DNA of 64,000 nucleotides from the human T2T-CHM13v2.0 reference genome, Homo sapiens, in NCBI RefSeq assembly GCF_009914755.1, contig NC_060929.1, one strand, 5' to 3'. A model generated the notes under the pieces. The model ran no database searches. It saw only the letters and a list, made by a program, of their open reading frames with translations, and was not told the DNA's origin. Position numbers and translations under genes: made by a program. Shown piece after piece: positions 28,520 to 42,612 of the stretch (position 1 is its first letter; each line of letters opens with the position of its first letter).

Positions 28520-28615
28520 AATTATTTAATCCTCAAGCTCTATGAGATAATCATTATCATTATCCCTATTTTATAGATTAGCAAACTGATGCTTAGAGAA
28601 ATTTGCCCAAAATTT
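28520..28615 (-). mobile_element. MIR fragment
   Basis: ATCCCTATTTTATAGATTAGCAAACTGATGCTTAGAGA. Confidence 0.7.
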
Positions 28616-28787
28616 GCTGCTAGATTCTAATGAAGCTAGTACAATCTATTAATTGTCAGATCTGTTGATAATTTTGGGGAAATTAGCACAGTAGAGAGAA
28701 AATAAATGGAGTTCAGGGTCAGAAAAAATGGCTTATAAATATTAAATTCTGCTGATACTACTAAATACCTAGTACTTAGCAAACATC

Positions 28788-31055
28788 TGTATTAGTCCAT
28801 CTGCACACAGCTAAAAGGACATACCCAAGACTGGGTAATTTATAAAGGAAAGAGGTTTAATTGACTCACAGTTCCACAGGGCTTGGGAGGCCTCAGGAAA
28901 CTTACAAGCATGATGGAAGGGGAAGCAAACACATCCTTCTTCACATGGTGGCAGCAAGGAGAAGTGCTGAGCATAAGGGGGAAAAGCCCCTTATAAAACC
29001 ACTGGGTCTCATGAGAACTCACTCACTATCATGAGAACAGAAGCATGGAAGTAACCACCCCATGATTCTATAACTTCCCACCGGGTCTCTCCCATGACAT
29101 GTAGGGATTATGGGAACTACAATCCAAGATGAGATTTTAGTGGGCACACAGCCAAACCATATCATTCCACCCCTGGCCCCTCCCAAGTCTTATGTCCTCA
29201 CATTGGAAACACAATCATGCCTTCCCAACAGTCCTCCAAAGTCTTAGCTTATTTCGCCATTAACCCAAAAGTCCAAGTATCATCTGAGAGAAGGCAAGTC
29301 CCTTCCACCTATGAGCCTGTAAAATTAAAAGCAACTTAGTTATTTTCTAGATACGATAGGGGTACAGGAATTGGATAAATATACTTCTTCCAAATGGGAG
29401 AAACAAAGAGGCTACAGTCTTATGCAAGTCCAAAATCCAATACAGCAGTCATTAAACCTTAAAGTTCCAAAATGATCTCCCTTGACTCCATGTCTCACGT
29501 CCAGGTCACACTGATGTAAGAGGTGGGCCCTCATGGCCTTGGGCATCTCTGCCCCTGTAGCTTTGAAGGGTACAGCCCCCCTCCTGCCTGCTTTCATATA
29601 CTGGCCTTGAGTGTCTGCAGTTTTTCCAGGTGCATGATGCAAGCTGTCAGTGGATCGACCATTCTGAGGTCTGGAAGGCAGTGGCCCTCTTCTCACAGCT
29701 CCTCTAGACAATGCCTCAGTGGGGACTGAGTGAGGGCTCTGATCCCACAATTCCCTCCTGCACTGCCCTAGCAGAGGTTCTCCATGTGGACTCCACTCCT
29801 GCAGCAAACTTTTGCCTGGACATTCAGGCATTTTCATAAATCCTCTGAAATGTAGGTAGAGGTTCCCAAACCTCAATTCTTGAGTTCTGTGCACACCCAG
29901 AACCAACACCACGTGGAAGCTGCCAAGGCTTGAGGTTTGCACCCTATGAAGCAATGGTGTGAGTTGTATATTGGTTCCTCTTAGCCATGGCTGGAGCTGG
30001 AGCAGCTGGGATGCAGGGCACCACATCCTGAGGTTGCATAGAGCAGAGGGTCCCTGGGCCTGGCTTATGAAACAATTTTTTCCTCATAGGCCTCCAGGCC
30101 TGTGATAGGAGGGACTGCCATGAAGGTCTCTGACATGCCCTGGAGACATTTTCCCCATTGTCTTGGTGATTAACATTTGGCTCCTCATTACTTATGCAAA
30201 TTTCTGCAGTTGGCTTGAATTTCTCCCCAGAAAATGGGGTTTTCTTTTCTATCATATTGTCAGGCTGCAAATTTTTCAAACTTTTATACTCTGCTTCCTC
30301 TTGAATCCTTTGCTGCTTGGAAATTTCTTCTGCCAGATACCCTAAATTATCTCTCTCAAGTTCAAAGTTCCACAGATCTCTAGGGCAGGAGCAAAATGCT
30401 GCCAGTATCTTTGCATAGCAAGAGTCACCTTTACTCTAGTTCTCAACAAGTTCTTCATCTCTGAGACCACCTCAGCCTGGATTTCATTGTCCATATCACT
30501 ATCAGCATTTTGGTCAAAGCCATCCAACAAGTCTCTAGGAAGTTCCAAGCTTTCTCACATTTTCTTCTTCTGAGCCCTCCAAACTGTTTCAACCTCTGCC
30601 TGTTACCCAGTTCTAAAGTCACTTCCACACCTTTGGGTATCCTTATAGCAGCACCCATTCTACTGGTACCAATTTACTGTATTAGTCCATTCTCACTCTG
30701 CCATAAGGACATACTTGAGACTGGGTAATTCATAAAGGAAAGAAGTTTAATTGATTCACAGTTCTGCAGGGTTGGGGAAGCCTCAGGGAATTTACAGTCA
30801 TGGTGGAAGGGGAAGCAAACACATTCTTCTTTACATGGTGGCATCAAGGAAAAGTACTGAGCAAAAGGGGGAAAAGTTCCTTATAAAACCATGCGATCTC
30901 TTGAGAATTCAATCACTATCTGAGAACAGCAGCATGGGGGTCAACACCCCCCGTGATTTAATTAACTCCCACGGGGTCCCTCCCATGACACGTGGGGATT
31001 ATGAGAACTACAATTCAAGATGAGATTTGGGTGGGGACACAGTCAAACCATATCA
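28788..31055 (-). mobile_element. Complete THE1D MaLR element: 5' LTR 30678-31055, internal 29165-30677, 3' LTR 28788-29164
   Basis: Two direct LTRs (TGTATTAGTCC...CCATATCA); PPT next to the 3' LTR; 5-bp TSD ACATC at 28783-28787 and 31056-31060. Confidence 0.96.
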
Positions 31056-31399
31056 ACATCTAAAATATTAATTTCCAATTTTCTTTCCATTCCTCCCTTT
31101 TTTGTTGATATATAAACCTAGAAAAAATCAATAAAAATTCACATTTATTTGGAGGTCACAATAAAAACGCACATATATTTTTGTGATAACATGTACTGCA
31201 AATGGGATTTGGAAATGAGAGGAAAAGATGTCTTAAATATCACTCACTTAGGAAAATTAAACTTTACCTTACCTTTTATCTGTGAGCAATTCCCAGTCAG
31301 CCTTGAATGCATTAACCTTCAACTAAGAACACTTGTCAAAGTTTCTGGCTCTTTGAAGGCATGTATCTAGTGGCTGCAGGTAATTTTCTTGTGATTCAG

Positions 31400-31635
31400 A
31401 AACAGCGAAAACCAAGGGAAATAACATGGGCTTTGGAGTTAAACAAAATAGAGCCTCGGTCCTGGTTTCTCTACATACTTGCCATATAACTGCAAAAAAA
31501 AAAAATTCACCTTTCAGAGCTTCAGTTGTTTTACTCTATTGTCTTCATAGACTTGTGGGAGAATAAAGTGAGTTAAAACATCTAAAGCATCCTGTGGAAC
31601 ACTCAGGGCACTGCAAGTGCTCAATAGCTCAGTAA
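31400..31635 (+). mobile_element. MIR
   Basis: GGGCTTTGGAGTTAAAC...GAGCTTCAGTTG...AAGTGCTCAATA. Confidence 0.7.
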
Positions 31636-33250
31636 GAGGTTCTTATTTCATTTTAGTTTGTGCTTCTCTGTCAGATAGAGATGATGCTTTCTTATAACTC
31701 AAAGGAAAATAGTTGAGAGGTACTTTTAAAGGGCTATTGGTGTTGCAGAAAAAGATTTCTTGATTAATTAATATGACCATTTTCTTATGAATCATCCATT
31801 GCATTAGGTAACTCACATTTTTATTCCTGTAAGGCGCCTTTGTGTGCTTCAGTTCAATAGCTATTTCCTGGGCATTTACTGGCCCTATACTAGGTTCTAG
31901 GGATTTTAAATAACTAGAAGTTACCCTTCTCTCAAGGACAGGATTTCTAAGTAATAAGGAACTCAGCCTGATCATAAATTTCATGAGGATACAAGAGGTC
32001 TTACCTTTGTAACTCCTACGGCACCTGAACTGAGCTTATATTTACTGCAGTGTTGCTGAATTTAACTAAATTTCTTCCAGGGTTCTATTTCCCCATAACT
32101 TAAGTTCAAATTTATTCTACAATATCATATAATCCTTAATAGTCCTATTTAGTTTATAAAGATGTCTGGAACAGTTCCAGAGATGTTTTTCTTATTTTTC
32201 TTGTTTAAGCTTCTGCCATGTTTGTAGTTTTTAATGTGCTATCCATGACTCTACAAATTCTATAATTTGTTAAATCCTTTCTTTCGTATTCTAGAGAATT
32301 CATCTTTGCATAGCCTAATATTAACAATCAAAGAGGTAAGGTTAAAAACAGGAGGAGGTAGAAGAAGATGGTGAGAATCATAATAAGGAGATACAGAAAA
32401 CAACTTCTTGGAAGAACTATTAGTGAAGACATAATTATTATGCATTAACAGCTGACAGCTAGCGTTAGTCCAAGGAAGCCATCTGTATTCTCTAAGTACT
32501 TCAAAACTGTAATATTCATTTGTAAATTTGTGACAGCTCTTTAGATAATGTATAATAATTTTGCAGCAATCCATTATCTGACTGAATGTGCTTTAATTTG
32601 AGGTATAATATATTTGGAATAATTTTTCCAATTCCTAAATGTACTTTCCTTCAAATATATGACATACATTTAAAGTGTCATTTAAAAGATTAAAATGAGT
32701 CCAAAATTTCCTCCTTTCCTTATTTGGTTCTTCTCTGTTCTATCTATAGGCCTCTGAACAGTGTCTCTGGCTTGATCAATTGAACCTATGTAATTGTCTT
32801 GAAAAATACATTTAGTCCTCAGGAAGGAACATCTACCATCATCCTGCCCAAGCTAAGGCTACCTGAATGTGCTGAGAAATTCTGATGAGGAAATGCTGCA
32901 GACCTGGACTAATAATTAAGGAAAAGTTACTGATGAAAGACCATGATAGACAATACAGTGAGACAGCCTATTGCATGTACTCCACAATAAATTCTCAAGG
33001 TTTTTCAAAGAATCCATATACAGCTAAAATTGGTTTGGGGTTTTTTATAAGATAACCCCAGCCAGCCTGCTCAAGGGCATGTTGTCCAGAGTGACTTCTT
33101 ATTAGCTGCCAGATAATCAATTTACCCCACTTTCACTCCAAAAAAATGCAGATACTAACTCCACTGATCCCAGAATTCCTATGGTTTGTTTTGTTTTGTT
33201 TTGTTTTTCTTTACCCACATTCCTATAAATCCTGTTCCTCGATGACAGTA

Positions 33251-33572
33251 CAGTGATCCCTGCCATGGAAGATTTGTTCTAGGACCCCCCATGGATACCA
33301 AAATTCACAGAGGCTCAAGTTCCTTACATAAAATGGTGTAGTATTTGCATATAACTTACACACATCCTCCTGGATACTTTAAATCTTCTCTCTAGATTAC
33401 TTATGATACCTAATATGATGAAAGTGCTATAAAATAGTTGTTATACTATATTATTTAGGGAATAATAACAAGGAAAAATGTACATGTTCTAAACAAATAA
33501 TCCTTTTCCAAATATTTTTGATCCACAGTTAAATCCACAGACACAGAACCCACAGATACAGGGGGCTGACTG
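33251..33572 (+). mobile_element. MER2 (Tigger-family MITE)
   Basis: CAGT...ACTG termini with TA TSDs; GCTCAAGTTCCTTACATAAAATGGTGTAGTATTTGCATATAAC. Confidence 0.9.
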
Positions 33573-34135
33573 TACACCAGCTATCTCCTTTAAATGTGAA
33601 TAAGCTATTTTTCTTGCAGGCAACTAACTAAAATGCCTAAGCTGTTCTTCAACAGTCCAACACAAGTAAGTAGCCCAATTGTAAGGGTAAGTCCAAGAAG
33701 ATTTTCTCAAAAACAATAAAATAATTTAGAATCACATAATTAATGGCAAAAATAAACAGAATGGACTCCTGAAAACTACAGAGCAAGTTAATAAGGACTC
33801 ATCATTTCACTTTCTGGTTCTACTTGGCCTTTTCATTGAAAACAAATTCCACCAGAAAGGAAAATGAAAACTAGTATCAAGAAAGCAGAATGAGGTCATC
33901 ATAAGAGGACACCCAGTAAGAAGGATCTTCTTATGTTCAACTAAACAATCACTCACAAGACTATCATAGGCCCCACTTGGCCTTAGCTGACTCTAAAAGA
34001 CATAGGACAGGAGCCACAGTTTGCCAGCATGGAAGTGTAGCATCAGGATTCTTCAAGTGAAGTCCTTGCAGCAGTTTATGCAATGGTCTACACAGACATA
34101 CAGCAGCTGTTCTCTTTGCTCCCTCACCTCACCCC

Positions 34136-34620
34136 CGTAAAAGAAAAATTGCACTGGAAATCTGTTAAAAATGGCGAGGAAGACTCCATTCGAGACTATT
34201 GCAATATGGACAGAGACTGAACTAAACTCCTCTGGAATAAAAGGCAGAATTTTTAAATGCTGTGATGAGCTAATGGAAAAGTACAGGAGGACTTTAGTGG
34301 GGAGGTTGGTCAATGTGATTAGGCTATCTCTGTTTACTAATTGCCCCTTATCAGAGTTAGTCTCCTATCTCTCCACAAACACTGGGAGAAAGGAGTCCTA
34401 TCTTTCAAAGGGATGGCTCCTAAACCCTTAGGAAATTCATTTTTAGGTTGTAGAAGATATAAATTTCAAAGGGGCAGAGTGCAAGCTTTCTGAAGTTAAT
34501 GCTCTAAGAAGAAGGCGATCATTAGAGAAATGCAAATAATTATACACTCAGGAGCCTATCATCAGGAAGAACATGAAAAGTTCAGTCACAATGAGGGGAA
34601 TGTTAAGGCTGTCTTGGTCA
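34136..34620 (-). mobile_element. ERV1 solo LTR (MER67-like)
   Basis: Reverse complement begins TGACCAAGACAGCCTTAACATTCCCCTCA; 4-bp TSD CCCC. Confidence 0.75.
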
Positions 34621-34817
34621 CCCCCAGGTAACAGCGCAGGTGCAAGGAGGCATGAAACACATCAGCTAAAATGCCTCCTGCCCCACAGGAGCCTGTATCT
34701 CTAGAAATAGTTCCATAGGTCCCACAGAGACATGTCCAACTACAGGAATCACCACAATCATAGAAGGCCAGAATTATGACTTCCCATCAGACCAGACAAA
34801 ATTTACCAGTCAAAGGT

Positions 34818-36787
34818 CTTTTTATAACTTTTAAGTTCAAAGGCACATGTGCAGGTTTGTTATATAGGTAAACTTGTGTCATGGGGGGTTGTTGTACAGA
34901 TTATTTCCTCACTCAGGTATTAAGACCAGCACCCATTAGTTATTTTTCCTGGTTCTCTCCCTCCTCCCACCCTTCATGTTCCATTAGGCCCCAGTGTGTG
35001 TCACCTCCTTCCATGTGTCCATGTGTTCCCATCATTTAATTTCCACTTATAAGTGAGAAGATGTGGTATGTGGTTTTCTGTTCCTGTATTAGTTTGCTGA
35101 GGATAATGGCCTCCAGCTCCATCTATGTCCCTGCAAAGGACATTATCTCATTTCTTTTTGTGGCTGCATAGTAACATGTGCCACATTTTCTTTATCCAGT
35201 CTATCATTGATGGGCATTTAGGTTGATTCCATGTTTTTGCTATGTGAATAGTGCTGCAGTGAACATATGCATGCATGTGTCTTTATAATAGAACAATTTA
35301 TATTCCTTTGGGTATATACCCAGTAATGGGATTGCTGGATCAAATGGTACTTCTATGCTTTGGTCTTTGAGGAATCACCACACTGTCTCTCACAATGGTT
35401 GAACTAATTTACACCCCCACCAACAGTGTATAAGCATTCCTTTTTCTCCACAACCTCACCAGCATCTGTTATTTTTTGACTTTTTAATAATAGTCACTCT
35501 GACTAGTGTGAGACACTATCTCATTGTGGTTTTGATTTGCATTTCTCTAATGATCAGTGATGTTGAGCTTTTGTCATATGATTATTGGCCACATATATGT
35601 CTTCTTTTGAGAAGTGTCTGTTCATGTCATTTGCCCGCTTTTTAATGGGGTTGCTTGTTTCTTGTAAATTTAAGTTCCTTATAGATGCTGGATATTAGAC
35701 CTTTGTCAGATACATAGTTTGAAAAAATGATCTTCTATTCTATAGGTTGTCTGCTCACTCTGTTGACAGTTTCCTTTGCTGTGCAGTGGCTCTTTAATTT
35801 AATTAGGACCCATTTGTCAATTTTTGCTTTTCTCACAATTGCTTTTAGCATCTTTATCAAGAAATATTTGCCCATTGCCTATGTCCTGAATGGTATTGCC
35901 TAGGTTGCCTTCTAGGGTTTTTATAGTTTTGGGTTTTACATTTAAGTCTCTAATCCATCTTATGTTAATTTTTGCACACGGTATAAGGAAGGTGTCCAGT
36001 TTCAATCTTCTACATATGACTAGCCAGTTATCCCAGCACCAGCACCATTTATTGAATAGGAAATCATTTCCCCATTGCTTGTTTTTTTCAGGTTTGTCAA
36101 AAATCACATAGTTGTAGATGTGCAGCCTCATTTCTGGGTCTCTATTCTGTTCTATTGGTCTATTTGTCTGATTTTGTACAATTACCATGCTGTTTTGGTT
36201 ACTGTAGACCTGTAGTATAGTTTGAAGTTGGGTAGCATTATGCCTCCAGCTTTGTTCTTTTTGCTTAAGATTGCCTTGGCTATTCGGGCTCTTTTTTGGT
36301 TCCATATAAATTGTAAAATAGTTTGTTCTAGTTCTGTGAAGAATCCCAATAGTAGTTTAATAGGAAGCACTGAATCTATAAATTACTTTGGGCAGTATGG
36401 CCATTTTAACAATATTGATTCTTCCTATCCATGAGCATGGAATGTTTTTCCATTTGTTTATGTTATCTCTGATTTCTTTGAGCAGTGTTTTATAGTTCTC
36501 CTTGTAGATATCATTCATCTCCCCTGTTAGCTGTATTCCTAGGTATTTTATTCTTTTTGTGGCAATTGTGAACAGGATTGAGTTCCTGGTTTGGGTCTCT
36601 TCTTTTCTGTTGTTAGTGTATAGGAATGCTAGTGATTTGCACATTGATTTTGTATCCTGAGGCTTTGCTCAAGTTGTTTATCAGCTTAAGAAGCTTTGGG
36701 GCTGAGACTATGGGGTTTTCTAGATATAGGATTATATTGTCTGCAAACAGTGATAGTTTGACTTACTCTCCTCCTATTTGGATGCCT
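34818..36787 (-). mobile_element. 5'-truncated L1 (~2 kb, L1PA11-13-like)
   Basis: GTGCAGGTTTGTTATATAGGTAAACTTGTGTCATGG 3' UTR; ORF2 C-terminal peptide fragments in the track. Confidence 0.92.
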
Positions 36788-36931
36788 CAATGCTCATTTT
36801 TACCACAAGCAATGCTTCCTAATAACAGAGTTGATATTTTATATTTGCTGGGTTTTCAGGAGTATATAAAAAAATATGTTTATCTGGGAATAAAATTCCC
36901 ATGCAGAAGGGGAACAGTTATCTTTCACTCT

Positions 36932-37230
36932 GGTTTGTTTGTTGGTTTAAGACAGAGTCTCTCTCTGTCTCCCAGGCTGGAGTACAGTGCCACCATCTTG
37001 GCTCACTGCAACCTCCACCTCCTGGATTCAAGTGATTCTCCCACCTCAGCCTCCCGAATGGCTTGGATTACAGGTGCACGTCACCACAGTGGGCTAAGTT
37101 TTGTATTTTTAGTAGAGATGGGTTTTCGCCATGTTGGCCTGGCCAGTCTCAAACTCTTGGCCTTAGGTGATCTGCCCGCCTTGGCCTCCCAAAGTGCTGG
37201 GATTCCAGGAATAAGCCACCACTTCTGGCT
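36932..37230 (-). mobile_element. AluS
   Basis: Full dimer; degenerate TSD CTTTCACTCT / CTTTTATTCT. Confidence 0.93.
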
Positions 37231-39884
37231 CTTTTATTCTCTATAGGTATAGTGAAAATGTTGTATTTTACCTCTTTGCTTTTTCTCCAGAAGCCCTCTC
37301 TCTAGTCTTCCAAAAACATGCACATCCATGGGAACACATGCACACACAAATACACACACTCATGCCTGCACATCCAATCTGTCATATTTTCCTCCACCAC
37401 TCAAAATTGTCTAAAAATCCTTCTTAGTAAAAGCTTTCTTTCTACAATTTCACTATTTTGCAATTCTACTAAGTTAAATGAGTATATGATACATGTTACT
37501 GATTTTGAACTTGTACTTAGTTCTCTCAGTGTTCTGATTTTCTATTTCCCATCCTTTCCTTATAATTCATTTCTCCTACCCTGGAAAGCAATCTTCTATG
37601 GACATATATACTTGTGTATTGATTATAGACTTTGTCCATTTGATCTGTATTTATCCAGTTATTGCCCACTTGGTCAGTCCCTCTTCTATGTGCTAAGTAA
37701 ATACGTGTCCTTTCTGTTGTGGAGGCTGGCTGTTTGAATATAATGAACCTAATTTCTTTCTAAAATTGTTTGATAAAAATTGTTATAAAAGATTTATGCC
37801 TGGGTAATAAAATAGAAAATGAAAACTGGAAACTAAGGAAAAATGTACCCAAATGTGTTAAACATAAGGATTAAAATAATTGCTATAATTATACCACAGA
37901 TTTAATTCTGAGTCTCCTAGAATGCAGCTGGAAAAAAAATATATAGTGTCACAATGTATATTAAAAGAAAAAAGCAAAACAGTTTTTTCTGAGAAAACAA
38001 AGTTTTGGTTTTATTTTGAGGTGGTTTTTTGTTAGTAAATCCTAAAATAAATTTCTTTCCAGAAGCATTATATAGGTAATTCTGTTGCAAAAGTTAACTG
38101 TTAACATATATTTTCTAATATAGCAACGGAAGTAGACATAGGTACCATTCAGTTGTTTCTTAAAACAATTTTGAATAATAAGTTGAGCAATATATAAATG
38201 TACAAGTTAGCAAATTGTGGTGATTCTATAAAGGCCTAAATGAGTATGGTACTCATATATAGTTATTTCATTTCTACATAGAGCCTAGAATAGGACCAAA
38301 AGCACCAGGAGGAGACAAATGGTATCTCTCCTTCAAAATCCTTCCCCAAATGAAATTCATCTCAGCCAAATGAAGAGTAGGTGATGCAAAGTCATCTATA
38401 TGTTTCGATAATCTGATGAGTACAGTGGAGTTGCTTACTGATGCCTGAGAAGAGATCTGTATATTCTAGAAACCAAGAGAACAGGTGGTAGAGTTTACAT
38501 TTTGCTAATTAAAAAAAATTAGCTAATGTTATCTCATAGAACATCTATATGAAGGTGCAGCTCAGAAGTAATTCCACACATGAACAAGATTTTCCTTTGG
38601 AAAAATTCTTGGCCTCGATTGAGCACTTGATCAACAAAGTTTCTGAATGAACTCCCAAAGACCAGCCTCATGGATCATGGGAGTTTATTTAACCAAGAAA
38701 TGTTTTGATATAGGGTGCTTCTACTCATGACCCCATAGACTGGGGCAAACTCTGGTTGTTCCCCTTTTAACACCTGCAAGCCAGAATTAATTAGCTACAA
38801 AATGTACTCTCTGATCAGAAAACTAGTTTCCTTGCAAGGTAGAGTTATCCATTAGTGACTTTTCATTTATTGAAGAACACATGCCATAGGAAATATTATT
38901 TGTTTAGTTTTCTTTTTAAAAAAATTTATGTTGTAGAATTCTTTATGGCAGTAGTTGAATGGCAAAGGCCAATTATCTTTTGATTTTGTTACTGTCTCAT
39001 GATAGTGATCAATATTGCCAGTATATAGGAGCATATGTCTCCTGTTCTATAAGGATTGGGGGCATAAGTTCAGTTCATCTAAGAAGACTATCAAACAGTA
39101 AAGTTATAAAATAAAATTAAAGGACAAGGGTAGTGCTGATTGTCATTCTTCTTTGCCCTACTCCTTGTGGTGTTATAAAAGCACACATTTTACAATGTGC
39201 AGCAAAAATCAAGAATATATATCAAGGCCACAAATCTTGTCTTTTTAGCAGTGCCAAAGTGGGTGAAAAAAAATTACCCTATACTGTTAAATGAGCTACT
39301 CATTTGGAATACAAATAAATCATTTTGCATTAAAACATAGATTGCAGTCACTCAGAAGCAAAGCTGGTTTTGTCTGTTGGACTTGGGAAAAATAAATCAA
39401 GAATAATATGGAAAAAAAAGATCTAGATTAGTCACAGCTGATCTCTTCTATAGTGAATTTAATTTACTCAGCAGTGTAATTCTCGGAAAGCCTTGGGAAA
39501 CGGTTATTTTCATCAAACTGCATTTCTGTATTTTACTAGGTTAGTTACCTAACTTTAAAAGGTTAATAAAAATTATGATCTCTTAGGTAAAACTGAGGAA
39601 AATACACACAGGATTTAAGAGGCTTGCCCATACAAAAGAAGAGGCATTTTCACTTTCACTTTTGTCAATGCTTCTATTAGACAGGGACGTTTTATCTGTT
39701 TGCTATGCTCATATCCCAATCTCTAGATTTTTGAAAGCCCTATTATGCAGTGATTATTCTGCATTAAGTCAGTGTTCTCCATGAATCAGAACTCCTACCG
39801 TTCTACTGTTTCTTCCCTTCCCCATTACCCCATCATGACTAACTTTAACAAACAGGAGAGAGATGGATTGAGAAAGCATTCAGT

Positions 39885-40170
39885 AACTTACTTATTCACC
39901 TGTTTGTCCCACAGATATTTGTTGAATGCATACCACATACGAGACACTGCTATTTGCTAGGGATAAAGCAAGAATAAGACAGATATGTGTCTTTGTCTGT
40001 ATGGAGCTTAGAAGGTAGTGAAATAAAAGAACAAATCCTAAAACAAAACTATCAGGGTGGTGAGTGCACCATATAGCATAATTTCAGGTGCTTGGGGAAG
40101 AGGGAGCAGGGACCATGGAAGGGCTTCTTAAAGAAGGTGACATTTAGGCTGATCTAAGACTGGAATAATG
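39885..40170 (-). mobile_element. L2 3' end
   Basis: CAGATATTTGTTGAATGCATACCAC...ATGGAGCTTAG. Confidence 0.7.
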
Positions 40171-40518
40171 AGAAGGAATTATTAAATCATCTTATTCTGT
40201 AATCTACATGTATGCAAAGATAACTTATATATGAAAAAATTCAAATGTTTCTATCCGTCAGTTTATGCTTCCAAGTGTCCCACCCACAAAGATGACTCAG
40301 CATAAACAATAAAGGAATGGTGTCAACAGCTGGCTTCTTATTCAGAGGTTTTGCTCTCCTGGGAGCATTGAATATTTGAAACTTTTTGTTTACCTTTAAT
40401 ATTACCCTCAGCTCTTTATCTTTAAAAAAAAAAAAGCCTAAAGTGTTGCTTGTGATTACTGAGAATTTTCGTTTGTTTGTTTCACCGCTTTCCTGTAACT
40501 TCTACCTTCACTTTTGAG

Positions 40519-41716
40519 CAGCAGTTCTTAATCTAGATTATCGTTCAAGGAACTCATAACTTTGATGGGAAAAAATTGCATCTTTACCACCTTCATCTTT
40601 ACTTCACTAACCTCTAACCTCTAAATAAATGTAACATTTCCTTCATCATGAAAACAGGCAACAAACCATGGAAGCATTAGCAGTGCTTATGACTTCATCA
40701 TCAATAAAAACCAAAGATATTTTCCTATCACAGTAGAGCTATTACATATACTTCAAATATTTTTTTCACCAATACTTAAAAATTACAGTGGCTATTAGAA
40801 CTGCCACTAGATGATATGCAATTGTGATCTTTCTACTTACAGCCACTCAGGATACATGGCTAGCCAACTACTTGGCATCTAGACGTCATTCCATCACCAA
40901 AATGGTGGCAATCTTATGTTGGTGGTCCAGGCATCTACTCCGCTTTCTGATATTTTCTATCTACAATTGTTTATTCATCAAGACATGGACAGATGTAAGT
41001 CATCTTCGTTACTGTTTCAAGTTTCCCAAAACTGGACAATTCCAATGAGATTGCTTAAATTACTGTAAGATGTACCCTTTTGTAAAGTGACATAGGAGTG
41101 TGTCAACAACCTTCACCCTGACCTACCTCTTAATAAATTTTAACTGTAATTTGCCTATATTTAAATTGTCTTGATCTATTCAGCTGCTGTAACAAAAATG
41201 CCATAAATTAGATGGCTTATACACAATAGAAATTTGTTGCTCATAGTTCTGAAGGCTGGAAAGTTCAAAATCAAGACACCACCAGAATCAATGTCTAATG
41301 AAGGTTTACTTTCTCCTTCATAGGATACATCTCACTGAATCCTCAAATGGTGGAAGGGGCTAGCTATCTCTCTGGGGTCTCTTTTATAAAGGCACGAATC
41401 CCATTCATGAAGGTGGAGACCTAATGACCTAATCAACTCCCCAATGCCCCAACTTCTAATACTATAACATTGAAGATTAAATGAATTTGGAGGAGACACA
41501 AACATTCAAACCACAGCATAAATGTGCTGTCATATTATATAATGTTAATGAAAATTCATTTTTTATATTTTTATAATTAGACTATCATGAATTTCCTTTG
41601 TAATTTTACATGCATTCTTTTTATTTTATACACTTAGAAACATTTCTTCCTTCTGGGAAGCAATGTATAGGTCTCATACCAAATTGCCAATGGAACTACA
41701 AAGTTAAGAATCTCTG
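40519..41716 (+). mobile_element. MER113/Charlie4-like hAT element, interrupted by MLT1A
   Basis: GATGGGAAAAAATTGCATCTT, TTCACTAACCTCTAAC, GGCAACAAACCA; terminus AAGTTAAGAATCTCTG. Confidence 0.7.
41167..41518 (-). mobile_element. MLT1A-type solo LTR
   Basis: TG...CA termini with 5-bp TSD TAAAT (41162-41166 and 41519-41523). Confidence 0.9.
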
Positions 41717-41947
41717 CTTTAGAGTAATGCTCTCCTGATTGGTTACTTTGAAATTATATGTTGAATTATAATGCTTAAAGGAGCCTTTATGGAGCTTCCA
41801 GAAGGACAGTATTGGCCTTGTACTGGTAAAACTTGTATACTTAGGTAAAGAACATAGTAAAGGTGGCCTCTTCTAATTTATATTTGATCATATTTCTGCT
41901 TTCATGCAGATAAACAATTATCAACCTGGTTTGGGGAGGTGCCTACA

Positions 41948-42612
41948 TTTTTGTTGAAGTATAACACACATACAGAAACGTGCACAAATTGTACATTTAT
42001 GTACACAAATCATAAAATATAAATAATCACAAAATAAACATGCCATATAACTACCATCCAAGTTAAGAAATAGAACATTCTAACACCCCAAAATTCCCCT
42101 TCATGCACCTTCCCAATCACTACTCTCCCTCAAAGGCTACCACTCTCTTGACTTCTAAAACTATAAATTAGTTTTGCCTATAGTGAACTTTATATAAATA
42201 AAAATAGCCATAAGATTCAGCAATGTTTATGTGCGTAGCTATAGACTAGTCATTATTGGTGCTATATGGTATTTCATAGTATAAATATACAACATTTTAC
42301 TTTTAAATGAACATACCATCTGTTTTATTATGGATGGACAATTGGATTGTTTCCATTTGGTGGCCATTACAAATAATGTTTCTGTGAACATTATCATCAT
42401 GTCTTCTGGAGTACATGAGAATGACTAATAAGTATGCAAATATTCAATTTTAGTAGATAAGTCAAACAGTTTTCTAAAGCAACTGTACCAATTTGCATGC
42501 CATCAACAATGTATGAAAGTTACAGTAGTTCCACACCTTCACCAGTATGTAGTATTATCAATCTTATTTTTAGCTATTCTGAGGTATAGTGGCATCTAAT
42601 TGCTGTTTTAAT
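41948..42612 (-). mobile_element. L1ME 3' end
   Basis: TTGAAGTATAACACACATACAGAAACGTGCACAAAT...GTTAAGAAATAGAACATT. Confidence 0.8.

Noticed and set aside
29412-31023. 204-aa and neighbouring ORFs
   Set aside because: Inside the THE1D element; frameshifted repeat sequence
36626-37246. 206-aa ORF
   Set aside because: Chance read-through of antisense L1, spacer and antisense Alu, with a non-coding composition
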